Positions 49,840 through 59,009 of a DNA stretch of 60,871 nt are shown piece by piece (position 1 is the stretch's first letter; the number at the start of each line of letters is the position of its first letter). Location: assembly GCA_002504435.1 (NCBI GenBank), contig DAQP01000036.1, forward strand, positions 2,047 to 62,917, in the 5' to 3' direction. The notes under the pieces were generated by a model that searched no databases, was not told the origin of the DNA, and worked only from the letters and a program-made list of their open reading frames with translations. The position numbers and the translations under genes are program-made. Origin of the DNA: Euryarchaeota archaeon UBA438. GTDB lineage: Archaea > Thermoplasmatota > Poseidoniia > Poseidoniales > Thalassarchaeaceae.

Positions 49840-51294
49840 GTGAATAGGAAGACCCTGCTTGTAGCCCTAGCAACGGCACTGGCACTCGCTGCAATACCCA
49901 ATGTGGTGTCAGCTGAGGATGGCGAAGCCTCTTTCCTGGGGTTCGACGACGATAATGGGGTATACATTTCTGAGCTTACATCAATCACCGGATTCCTCGT
50001 TTCATCAGCTGAGCCTTCTACGGACTCTACATGGTCCGTCTTCGATCAGTCACTGGAGGAAACAAACCCTCTTGGGAGCGGCATGATTTCGTTTGGGGAC
50101 CCCCATCAATATGGAAATTTCATGAAATGGCCATGGGAGGTCGCTATCGAACCAGATGATTTCGGAAACTGCTCATGCGTTCTGCAGATGGCAGTCTCCT
50201 ATGAGAATCAGAGCAGCATTACCTCTAATCTTGCAATATTTATTGGAAACCCGTCTGGAGCAATATTGCTTTCCGAAGACCCATCAGATGATTCATGGGC
50301 AAGGGGCGAAATCGAATTCTCTGGATGGTCAGATTCCAGCGAATCATCTGCAACACTAGGCTTCTCAGTTAGGCCAGCAGGATCTCTTACCGAAACGTGC
50401 CAAGAAACTCCGGAAGCCGGCACATCGTCATATCTCCTCACCACTCCTGCCACCGGCCCATACTCCTCGATGGTCGACGTGTCTGAATTTTCCGATGGAT
50501 GGTATTCTGCATGGACCTCAACGACATCAGAGACGGGAACTCTGAACCATTGTGCCCCAATTCGAATTGATAATTCTCCCCCTGTTTCTGTGATTTCCGG
50601 ATCTAGTGAGGCTCAGGAGGGGGATGAAGTGATACTATTTGACGGGGGTTCTTCGGATGACGGATATTGGGGCAAGGGCGATTTATTCCACATTTGGACT
50701 GTGTTGGACAAATCAAGACCCGGTTCTGCACCAATCTCCGTCAATCAAGGAGAAAGCACGTTCTCTATGGAAACGCACACCTCTGGAGAATTTGAGATCA
50801 CACTCAGGGTTGTCGATGGTAGCGGACTATACAGCTCAACTTCCAGAACCGTTTCTATTACCAATGTGGTTCCATCAGTTAAGCTGGTTGTCGATGGAAA
50901 ATCAGTAGTTCATGGTGAGAGCATTAGGCTCTCTTCCGGCTCATCCTGGGGAATAGATGCCTCTGAATCGATGGACAGTTCCAATGATGTCAACGGACTG
51001 AGGTGCGTTTGGAAGATTGACAATAACCCTGTTTACGAGGGCTGTCAGAGGTCATTCTCATGGCCTGAAAATGAATCGCAGAAGATAATTCTCACAGTCG
51101 AGGTAATCGATGACGATGATGAATACTCATTCATTTCCGTTGAACTAGTGCATCCAGACTATTCCGATGATCTCCCTCTTGGGCTCATAGTGCTAGTAGT
51201 TTCAGCGGCCTTCCTTGCATCTGCGATAGTTTTCAGGAGGAACTCTTCATCCGGGGGCGACATACCCAAGTGGCAACCAGATGAACAAAACTGA
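49840..51294 (+). CDS. Secreted PKD/Ig-like domain protein with C-terminal TM anchor
   Basis: Signal peptide; FDGGSS.D, ITLRVVD, DASES.D, LTVEVIDD PKD-like strands; TM helix followed by IPKW. Confidence 0.75.
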   Translation: MNRKTLLVALATALALAAIPNVVSAEDGEASFLGFDDDNGVYISELTSITGFLVSSAEPSTDSTWSVFDQSLEETNPLGSGMISFGDPHQYGNFMKWPWEVAIEPDDFGNCSCVLQMAVSYENQSSITSNLAIFIGNPSGAILLSEDPSDDSWARGEIEFSGWSDSSESSATLGFSVRPAGSLTETCQETPEAGTSSYLLTTPATGPYSSMVDVSEFSDGWYSAWTSTTSETGTLNHCAPIRIDNSPPVSVISGSSEAQEGDEVILFDGGSSDDGYWGKGDLFHIWTVLDKSRPGSAPISVNQGESTFSMETHTSGEFEITLRVVDGSGLYSSTSRTVSITNVVPSVKLVVDGKSVVHGESIRLSSGSSWGIDASESMDSSNDVNGLRCVWKIDNNPVYEGCQRSFSWPENESQKIILTVEVIDDDDEYSFISVELVHPDYSDDLPLGLIVLVVSAAFLASAIVFRRNSSSGGDIPKWQPDEQN

Positions 51295-51347
51295 GATTTA
51301 CCTTACCACATTTCAAGAACATGAGCCTCAGCGGAGGGTTGAGAACA

Positions 51348-52655
51348 ATGTCAGGCTTGCCCTTTGATTTGTCAGAGTATCGTAGTAGGCAGCAGGGCTT
51401 TCTGTCAAGTATGCCCCAGAATTCTCTTGTTATTATCCCTAATAACCCCAAATCAGTCAGATCCAACGACACCCATTATCGATATCGCGCAAATTCGTAC
51501 ATGCTTTATTTGTGTGGATGGGGAGAGCCAGAATCAATATTCACAGCCCAATTTTCAGGCGGTAAATGGACAACCTCCCTCTTCGTCAGGCCGAGAGACA
51601 CAAACTCTGAGATTTGGGAAGGAAGGAGAGTAGGGCCAGAAGGGGCAGTAGAGGGATGGCCGGTCGACGAGTCATTCCCCATTGGAGATGTAGAGGAACA
51701 TCTCTCAAAAGCTCTTGAATCTGGCCTCCGGCCATCAATAATTACCGGGCTAAATCCCGCGGTCGACAATATTGTTTCAGAATGCGAAATGTCGGAAATA
51801 CAGGATCCAAGGAAAGTTCTGGATACTATGAGGACGATTAAGTCAGAATCCGAAATAGAGCTAATGCAGCAAGCAGCTGATATCGCATCTTTGGCCCATG
51901 TAAAGGCAATGGAGGGAACATTTCCCTCTGTTGGTGAGTGGCAGATCCAAGCTATTATCGAGGGACACTTCATTGATTCCAAGAGCCAGTGGAGCTACCC
52001 TTCCATTGTAGGAGGGGGCGATAATGCGACAATCTTGCACTACTCTAGTAATTCAGAAACTGTCGAGGATGGAGACCTAGTTCTAGTCGATGCAGGGTGC
52101 GAGGTTCATGGTTATGCATCTGACATCACAAGGACGTGGCCAGTCAGTGGCAAGTTTACAGAAGCTCAGAAGGAGATATACAATCTAGTTCTTGAGGCCG
52201 AGTTGGCTGGGATAGATGCATGCAGAGCGGGCTCACCATGGAGGTCCATGCATGAAGCCTCATCAGCCGTTCTAGCCAAGGGCCTAGTACAATTGGGAAT
52301 CCTCGATTGCACTGTTTCCGAGGCTCTGGGGAAGAATCTGGACGGCCCCTTCAGGAACTACTTCATGCATGGTACCGGACATTTGTTGGGTCTGGATGTT
52401 CATGATGTCGGAGGTGGTAGGAAAGGCGACAAAAAGCCCGGCCCGGTACTAAGGCCGGGAATGGTGGTGACTGTTGAACCCGGACTCTACTTCGCAAGTT
52501 GGAGGGACGATGTAGAAATTCCCGAGAGGTATGCTGGTATCGGCATAAGAATTGAAGACGACGTACTGATTACGGAAGACGGCCCTGTCGTACTATCCTC
52601 AAGGTGTCCCAAATCAGTGGATGAGATAGAAGCCATAGTAGGCAAATCAGGGTGA
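51348..52655 (+). CDS. pepP: Xaa-Pro aminopeptidase (M24B)
   Basis: ILHY, DAGC...YASDITRT, HGTGH.LGLDVHD, TVEPGLY, GIRIEDD. Confidence 0.93.
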   Translation: MSGLPFDLSEYRSRQQGFLSSMPQNSLVIIPNNPKSVRSNDTHYRYRANSYMLYLCGWGEPESIFTAQFSGGKWTTSLFVRPRDTNSEIWEGRRVGPEGAVEGWPVDESFPIGDVEEHLSKALESGLRPSIITGLNPAVDNIVSECEMSEIQDPRKVLDTMRTIKSESEIELMQQAADIASLAHVKAMEGTFPSVGEWQIQAIIEGHFIDSKSQWSYPSIVGGGDNATILHYSSNSETVEDGDLVLVDAGCEVHGYASDITRTWPVSGKFTEAQKEIYNLVLEAELAGIDACRAGSPWRSMHEASSAVLAKGLVQLGILDCTVSEALGKNLDGPFRNYFMHGTGHLLGLDVHDVGGGRKGDKKPGPVLRPGMVVTVEPGLYFASWRDDVEIPERYAGIGIRIEDDVLITEDGPVVLSSRCPKSVDEIEAIVGKSG

Positions 52656-52659
52656 TACC

Positions 52660-53823
52660 TTGTCATGGTCCAAGATTCTTGAAATGCAGGATTCCACAAA
52701 CCCCCCGCGTCTGTCGGTAGAAGAAGCAACCTTGATCTACGAAGAGGCCGACCTGAATGAGCTAATGCATGTCGCAAACATGAGGAGAAAAAAAATGGTT
52801 CCAGGCAATGAGGTGACGTATCTTGTTGATAGAAACATTAACTACACCAATGTATGCACTATAAATTGCCAGTTTTGCTCATTTTACAGGCCCCCTGGAC
52901 ATGCAGAGGTCTACACTCAGACAATCGATGAGATTAGTGAAAGGATTTCCGAGTTGGAGCAACTTGGCGGCTCTAGGATCCTGATGCAGGGAGGGGTCAA
53001 TCCAGAACTGCCACTTTCTTGGTACACAGATTTACTCGCCGAACTTAGGTCGAGACATCCAACTATAGATTTAGACTGCTTCTCGCCGATAGAAATTGAG
53101 GGTATTGCTGACGTTTGCGGACTAAGTACAATGGAGGTTTTACAGCAACTGAAGAAGGCTGGAATGCACGGCCTACCGGGAGGGGGGGCCGAGATGTTAG
53201 TAGATGACGTGAGGATGGACATTTCCCCGTTGAAGGGCTCAGCAGAAAATTGGCTCAGAGTCATGGGTGAGGCCCAGCAGCTCGGTCTCACAACATCAGC
53301 CACCAACGTGTTTGGATTTGGAGAGTCCCGGGCAAATAGGGTTGAACATATGTACAGGATTAGGGAGATGCAAGACGGTGCAACATCCGAGGGAAGGACG
53401 GGTTTCACTTCATTCGTCTCGTGGCCCGTTCAATTAGAGAACAACGCGTTCGGCAAGAGAAATAGGGGTTCCAATAGGGTGGAACTGGGGGCCTCTTCAA
53501 GCGAATACCTGAGACACTTAGCTGTCTCACGACTTTTCTTTGACAACATCAGCCACATTCAGGCGTCTTGGCCCACAATGGGCCTTGAGATAGCCCAGAT
53601 TGCACTACTGGGGGGCGCCGATGACGCCGGATCAACAATGATGGAGGAGAACGTCGTTTCAGCATCCGGTACTGATAGGACAGAGGCTACAGAATTTGAA
53701 CTCCATAGGATAATCTCCATGGCTGGTTTCTCCCCAAGGAAGAGGGACTCTAGATACAATATCTTGGAGACTGCTAGACTATTCGAAATCGAAGCCGGTT
53801 CGCCACCGCCGATTCAGATATGA
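52660..53823 (+). CDS. mqnC: Radical SAM protein, MqnC/CofH family (probable cyclic dehypoxanthine futalosine synthase)
   Basis: DRNINYTNVC, CxxxCxxC (CTINCQFC), PGGGAEML, IQASW, GSTMMEENVV. Confidence 0.8.
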   Translation: MSWSKILEMQDSTNPPRLSVEEATLIYEEADLNELMHVANMRRKKMVPGNEVTYLVDRNINYTNVCTINCQFCSFYRPPGHAEVYTQTIDEISERISELEQLGGSRILMQGGVNPELPLSWYTDLLAELRSRHPTIDLDCFSPIEIEGIADVCGLSTMEVLQQLKKAGMHGLPGGGAEMLVDDVRMDISPLKGSAENWLRVMGEAQQLGLTTSATNVFGFGESRANRVEHMYRIREMQDGATSEGRTGFTSFVSWPVQLENNAFGKRNRGSNRVELGASSSEYLRHLAVSRLFFDNISHIQASWPTMGLEIAQIALLGGADDAGSTMMEENVVSASGTDRTEATEFELHRIISMAGFSPRKRDSRYNILETARLFEIEAGSPPPIQI

Positions 53824-54897
53824 CTATCCTTCGACTCTTCCGCTCCTGACGGGCAGGTCATCAACGGATACTTTCGCATTATTCTCTATGATGATGGGCC
53901 TAACCCATTTCATCCTCGTTCCCGAGTCTGTAACCCCTTCCACAACAATCTCCCAGTGAACGGCAATCATTGCAGAATATATTGAACCAGGCCATGTATC
54001 ATTAGGCCCTTCTAGGACTATTTTACTCGATGATATATCATTCCATGGTCCGCTGCATTGGACCCTCATAGGTTCTAAGAGCAGTACCCGGCCCCTGCTA
54101 ACAGTCATCGGTAGTGACTCTCCCACACCGGTGCCGTGTTCGTCAGCTGTCGAAACCCTTCTTTCCGGAAGTGCCGTCGACATCCCAGGGGCAGGCTGAC
54201 CAGTTTCGCTAGTATTGGTGGCCTTCAGCAGAGTCTCCCTTTCAGGAACAGCAACACCGACCTGAATTCTACATCTATCCGCCCTGAAACCCTTTGGAGA
54301 TTGGAAACTCAGAACCTCGATAGAATTTGGACCACGATCACCAATTTCCATCAGGGGGCTACCAAGTGGTTTGGAGATGTATTCCTCCTGCCTTCTTATG
54401 TCCCTCACATTGGCCACTATTCTGACAATTATGGGCAGTATGAAGATAGGAAATGAAACTAGGATTAGAAGTGGGTAGTCAAGAGGCCCTATCCTAATTG
54501 GCGTATAGATTATTTCTGCCACGGACCCAATCAACTCAATCAATGCAGGCTCTAGTGCATGAAGAATAAGAGAAGCAGTTAGGATAATCACCGATGGAAG
54601 GATCATCCTTCTAGCCAGGGCGTGTATTGGATCCGGCTCGATGTACCAACCATTTCTGGTTCTCATCAGGAAAGGAAGAGTCTCTCTGGTTACCTCTGTT
54701 CGAATCTCAGGTAGATTTTCACCACCTTGCTTCTCATCCCTCCACTCAACCATCCAGCCATTTTCTACTCCTAGTTTGAATTCGGGCGGAGGCTCGTTTT
54801 CAGATACCAATAAGACCTCTACAAGTGGGATTTCCTCAGGATTGGTATTGTAGTGCTCGAACGGTGGATACCGTACTCTCTGAACCGATCTATGCAT
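53824..54897 (-). CDS. Hypothetical membrane protein (two TM helices)
   Basis: 357-aa ORF directly downstream of GGR with two hydrophobic segments. Confidence 0.6.
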   Translation of the reverse strand: MHRSVQRVRYPPFEHYNTNPEEIPLVEVLLVSENEPPPEFKLGVENGWMVEWRDEKQGGENLPEIRTEVTRETLPFLMRTRNGWYIEPDPIHALARRMILPSVIILTASLILHALEPALIELIGSVAEIIYTPIRIGPLDYPLLILVSFPIFILPIIVRIVANVRDIRRQEEYISKPLGSPLMEIGDRGPNSIEVLSFQSPKGFRADRCRIQVGVAVPERETLLKATNTSETGQPAPGMSTALPERRVSTADEHGTGVGESLPMTVSRGRVLLLEPMRVQCSGPWNDISSSKIVLEGPNDTWPGSIYSAMIAVHWEIVVEGVTDSGTRMKWVRPIIIENNAKVSVDDLPVRSGRVEG

Positions 54898-54900
54898 AGC

Positions 54901-56106
54901 TCAACCCCAAATTAATGCCTTAGCAGCCTTACCTGCTACCTTGCGGAATTCTGGAACTTCCCTCAATAGCCTTATTCCTAGGGGAATGGGGTTGTCTATC
55001 TCCCCTGTTTCATTAATTATTTGTATAACATCCTCCTTACACCAAATAGAGAATATTTCGTCGAGTTCTTCATCACTAGATTCGGTGACGAAGGCATCTC
55101 TGAGGGCCTTTGCCTTGCCATGCTTTCTCCTCATTGAATCAAGAATTTTTGAAATTCTGGCCATATTTTCTTCAGAGTGGTTCCCCATTTCAATAGCCTG
55201 TGAAATTTCTGGTACTAGTAGGTCTACCTGTTCAAATCCCGGCCCGATGCCCCCTCCAGTTGTTGGCTTGCATGAGCCCGCAGCATCGCCGAACAGAGCT
55301 ACTCTCGGTCGAGCGGTATTCTTCAGCATGCCACTAGGTACTGGACCTCCAAACTTCCCGACAATTTTGCAATTAGCGAATCTCTCGGACCAAATTGAAT
55401 CATTCATGAGCCTCCTTAATAATGACTCACAAGAATCCCCCTCGAGAAGATCAGGGCGACTCCACATACCTACTCTGGTAGTACCGCCCGATGGAATAGC
55501 CCAGGCGAAGAAACCCGGTGCAATGCTATTGCCAGTGTACATATCCAGTACACCATCCACCCCTGGATATCCCGTAACCTCAACTTGAAATCCGACCATC
55601 ATCTCCTTAGGTCTACCAAATTTGAACTTCTTCCTAACCCATGAGTGCGCACCATCACACCCACAGATAATCTGACAGTTTACGATGGCCTGTTTACCGT
55701 TCTTATCTACTCTGATCGAGGCATGCTCATCCTTGATTTCAGCATCTATTGGGATGCTATCTAGCCAAATATCAGCCCCAGCATCAATGGCGCTCCGAAC
55801 CACACTCTCGTCAAACTTCTTTCTACAGACGGACCAGGTTCTAATCCTATTTGGGTCCCCTATCTCAACGGCTTCGCCTGATGGACCATGTATCCTAGCG
55901 CCCCAAATCACGCTCAATGCCGTGTTCTCGAGTGAAACCTTACTCATCGCATCGGGATTTACCAATCCAGCGCATTGGAATGGCCGGCCAATTTCTCCGT
56001 GCTCCTCTATCAGGAGTACAGTGCGCCCTGCCTCTCGTAACTTCAAGGCCAGATATCCGCCAACGGGACCGGCTCCTACAATGGCCACATCATAGTGGAA
56101 CTCCAT
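54901..56106 (-). CDS. Geranylgeranyl reductase family FAD oxidoreductase
   Basis: VGAGPVG, QCAG, R..FD, GCDG, PGFFAWAIP, GDAAG..KP.TGGGI. Confidence 0.9.
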   Translation of the reverse strand: MEFHYDVAIVGAGPVGGYLALKLREAGRTVLLIEEHGEIGRPFQCAGLVNPDAMSKVSLENTALSVIWGARIHGPSGEAVEIGDPNRIRTWSVCRKKFDESVVRSAIDAGADIWLDSIPIDAEIKDEHASIRVDKNGKQAIVNCQIICGCDGAHSWVRKKFKFGRPKEMMVGFQVEVTGYPGVDGVLDMYTGNSIAPGFFAWAIPSGGTTRVGMWSRPDLLEGDSCESLLRRLMNDSIWSERFANCKIVGKFGGPVPSGMLKNTARPRVALFGDAAGSCKPTTGGGIGPGFEQVDLLVPEISQAIEMGNHSEENMARISKILDSMRRKHGKAKALRDAFVTESSDEELDEIFSIWCKEDVIQIINETGEIDNPIPLGIRLLREVPEFRKVAGKAAKALIWG

Positions 56107-56123
56107 GATGTCTCACTCCCCAG

Positions 56124-58403
56124 CTACTTTCTTTTGCCTTTTCCCTGCTTTCTTCGCATACTTTTCAGCTTTGAAATCAGATCGCTAGCTTCCGACTTCG
56201 TTACTTCTTCCTCTGTAGCAAGGTCAGCAATTGCGAGTGTTTCCGACATCGATATTCCCAATTGCTCGGACATGTTCCTAATCAATTCCATCTGTGGCTC
56301 CGTAGCGGGCATTGAGGAGTTGGAATCCCTCATCTTCCCGATCAATTCACTAGCAGTCCCCTCTCGACCACCTGTAAGCTCGCTCAAATCACTGACCTCA
56401 ACAAGGGACAAGGCATCGGTAACAGACATTCCTGACTTCTCAATTAGTGACATCAGGTAGCTCATCTGTTTCTCACTAGCCGGAGGTCCTCCGTTCGTTT
56501 TCGACAATTCCGTAAGTGTACCAATTAGTTCGCTGGCTTCTTCTCCACTGAGACTCCCGACTTCCCTGTCTCCCAGAAGGGATTTGACCACATCTTCATC
56601 TAGCCCGGTAATCCTACTCTCGATGAATGACATTTGCTTGGGCGTTGGTGTCCTCCTGCGGTATTCAATTGCCTTGTTATGGGCGTCCTTGAAGTCTCCC
56701 GAGAAGTCCTCCCAAATTGAAACTGCATCAGTAGTTCCCATTTCAATACCATCCAAGCTAGCCTCCATTTCAGATGTGAATGAGGAGGAAAGAATTTCCA
56801 TTCCCCCGGCCTTGGATCCGTAAATAGGCGCTACATCTAACCAGAGAGTCCTGCCATCGTCTGTCGGAACCAAAGAACCACTGTCATTCTCCACATATCC
56901 TCTGTCCTGTATCCTCTGAACGATACTGACATATGTCGAAGGTCTACCAATCCCAGCAGTTTTCATCTGTTTTACTATAGAACTCTCTGAGAACCTTCGT
57001 GGCGGCTTTGTCTCATCAATAGTTAGTAGAGGGTTTTCATCCCCCTCGTCTAGTTTCCACTCGGAACCAACCTGCAACTCGAATTGGGGACGGCTCCTCC
57101 GCGGGTCAGGTAAAAATTCCGAGGACGCCTCCTCCCATCCCGAATGTACCAGCCAGGACGCTGTTCCCGCTAATTCCTGTTCAATACCATCTACAGATGC
57201 CCTCAAGTCCCTTCTTTCCCTAATTGAGTCGGACATCTGACTAGAAGCAAAGCGACTCCAAACTAACCTATACAGCCTTCTGTGGTCAGCCTCAACTCCG
57301 TCGACTTCCTCCGATGCCGGGGATGTAGGCCTAATTGCCTCGTGCGCGTCCTGCACATTCGACGAGCCCTTTTTCGCGTCCGCTCCAAGTGAGCCTGGAC
57401 CTAGGAAGTCTTCACCATACTTCTCCTTGATTAGCTCCTTGACCGTGTTTCTTGCAGTCTCACTCGTCCTTGTTGAGTCAGTCCTGATGTATGTGATATG
57501 CCCGGCCTGGTATAGGTCGGATGCGATTTTACTAGTTTTTCCCATAGACCACCCGAGTGAAGAACTGGCAGCCTGTAGTAGAGTATCGGTAGTAAATGGT
57601 GCCGGGGGCTTCCTCCTGTTCTTCCCGTCCTTGATAGAAACTACTCTCATCATTCCTGAATCCGTAATGACGCCATGAACGGTCTTGGCATGTTCACCAT
57701 CGAACGTTCTATCCGGGAAATGCTTTCCATCGTCATCAAACCAGGCACCCTCATCTCCTTTCTCGTGAAATCTTACTTTGAAATTAAACCCATCACTGGT
57801 TGCACGAACACTGTGGAATGGTATCGGGACATGTGCCTCTCGCTCCAACTCCCTTTCGACTATGAATCCTAGAGTCGGAGTTTGGACCCTCCCCATCGAT
57901 TTTAGATTCCAACTCCTCGCGAATTTAGAGCACCTATATCCTACAAGTCGATCCATGAACCTTCGAACCTTTGCTGCATCAACTAGGTTTGAGTCGACAT
58001 CCTTGTGATTGGCAACGGCATCTTCAACAGCGAGTTTTGTTATTTCATTGAACGTCACTCTTCTAACAATTGGGAACTCAGAGAATATTATGCTTAGCCT
58101 CCAAGCAATGAACTCACCTTCTCTGTCTGGGTCCGTAGCAATGTATACCTCTTCCACGCCCTTGCTGTTCGCCTTTCTCATAATTCCAGAAATAATGCCC
58201 TCAGCCCTATCTGTCCATTCCCATGGAGGATCAGGCAGTTTAGTTCCATCAGATGCCCACATCGCCTTGGATCCCTGCTTGCCGCTTTTTCTAGTTGGAA
58301 GATCCTGAACATGCCCATTGCAGGCTTCTACAATCCAGTCCTTTCCAAGGTACTTCTTTACCGTCTTTGCCTTGGTCCCAGATTCCAGTATCATTAGCTT
58401 CAT
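56124..58403 (-). CDS. topA: Type IA DNA topoisomerase, bacterial TopA-like, with C-terminal helical repeats
   Basis: ES.TKAKT, GHV.DL, ATDPDREGE, GRVQTP, ITYIRTDS (catalytic Tyr), QDAHEAIRPT, GIGRPSTY. Confidence 0.95.
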   Translation of the reverse strand: MKLMILESGTKAKTVKKYLGKDWIVEACNGHVQDLPTRKSGKQGSKAMWASDGTKLPDPPWEWTDRAEGIISGIMRKANSKGVEEVYIATDPDREGEFIAWRLSIIFSEFPIVRRVTFNEITKLAVEDAVANHKDVDSNLVDAAKVRRFMDRLVGYRCSKFARSWNLKSMGRVQTPTLGFIVERELEREAHVPIPFHSVRATSDGFNFKVRFHEKGDEGAWFDDDGKHFPDRTFDGEHAKTVHGVITDSGMMRVVSIKDGKNRRKPPAPFTTDTLLQAASSSLGWSMGKTSKIASDLYQAGHITYIRTDSTRTSETARNTVKELIKEKYGEDFLGPGSLGADAKKGSSNVQDAHEAIRPTSPASEEVDGVEADHRRLYRLVWSRFASSQMSDSIRERRDLRASVDGIEQELAGTASWLVHSGWEEASSEFLPDPRRSRPQFELQVGSEWKLDEGDENPLLTIDETKPPRRFSESSIVKQMKTAGIGRPSTYVSIVQRIQDRGYVENDSGSLVPTDDGRTLWLDVAPIYGSKAGGMEILSSSFTSEMEASLDGIEMGTTDAVSIWEDFSGDFKDAHNKAIEYRRRTPTPKQMSFIESRITGLDEDVVKSLLGDREVGSLSGEEASELIGTLTELSKTNGGPPASEKQMSYLMSLIEKSGMSVTDALSLVEVSDLSELTGGREGTASELIGKMRDSNSSMPATEPQMELIRNMSEQLGISMSETLAIADLATEEEVTKSEASDLISKLKSMRRKQGKGKRK

Positions 58404-58467
58404 GATTTCACAACCTAGCCCCAATTCGAATCGAGTGCTACGTTTCCTTGGGGCCAAGTGAGCCCCG

Positions 58468-58473
58468 TATAAA
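58468..58473 (-). promoter_or_regulatory. Probable TATA box of topA (TTTATA on the minus strand)
   Basis: TATA-like hexamer in the intergenic region, about 70 nt upstream of the topA ATG. Confidence 0.5.
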
Positions 58474-58497
58474 CATGAGTGAGCACAGTTCGTTCCA

Positions 58498-58534
58498 ACG
58501 CGCGCGCGTGCATGTGTGTGTGACGCGCGCGCGT
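58498..58534. repeat. Two identical 12-bp palindromes ACGCGCGCGCGT separated by GCATGTGTGTGTG (alternating purine-pyrimidine tract)
   Basis: Read directly: copies at 58498-58509 and 58523-58534. Confidence 0.95.
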
Positions 58535-58548
58535 AAGGAGACGACTAT

Positions 58549-58956
58549 TCACGAGGCCAATCTAGACACATTTTCATCCCAAATTTCCTCTGATCCGGGA
58601 CCTCCACAGCCAAGACAGCCTGGATATCCTGCACGAGCTAGTTTCATTGCAACATCTGAAAGCTCCTCCCAGAGTTTTTCAATTTCATTAGACTCAGATC
58701 TTATCCAACATGTCTCCATTGCAGGCTCAATTTTTCCAATCTGAAACTCGATCTTACCATCGCAATCATAGAAAATTTCGTCTGTGGATCCAGAATTTAC
58801 TGATGGTTCTGTAATTATCGAGGGAACCTCGTCTGAAATTCCTAGAATCAATAATTTAGCAGAATCAAAGCATGAATCTGGGACATATAGGGCCCCTCCT
58901 GGTGTCCTAAGTAGCCTTCTCGCCGCTTCGTACATAGACGGGGCCCAATCGACCAT
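58549..58956 (-). CDS. Hypothetical protein with C-terminal CxxC
   Basis: 135-aa ORF containing GYPGCLGCGG; TTCAAG box 29 nt upstream. Confidence 0.65.
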   Translation of the reverse strand: MVDWAPSMYEAARRLLRTPGGALYVPDSCFDSAKLLILGISDEVPSIITEPSVNSGSTDEIFYDCDGKIEFQIGKIEPAMETCWIRSESNEIEKLWEELSDVAMKLARAGYPGCLGCGGPGSEEIWDENVSRLAS

Positions 58957-58979
58957 GTGGGCGCGTGGGGTACGTAACT

Positions 58980-58986
58980 CTTGAAG
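58980..58986. promoter_or_regulatory. Candidate bidirectional TATA-equivalent element CTTGAAG
   Basis: The first T of TTGAAG (+) and of TTCAAG (-) each lie 29 nt from the divergent ATGs at 59010 and 58956. Confidence 0.45.
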
Positions 58987-59009
58987 GGTATAGCATCGCG
59001 GCTTAGCTC

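Noticed and set aside
58498-58534. Twin 12-mers as a mini-CRISPR or transposon end
   Set aside because: Only two short low-complexity copies with a 13-bp spacer; no cas or transposase genes
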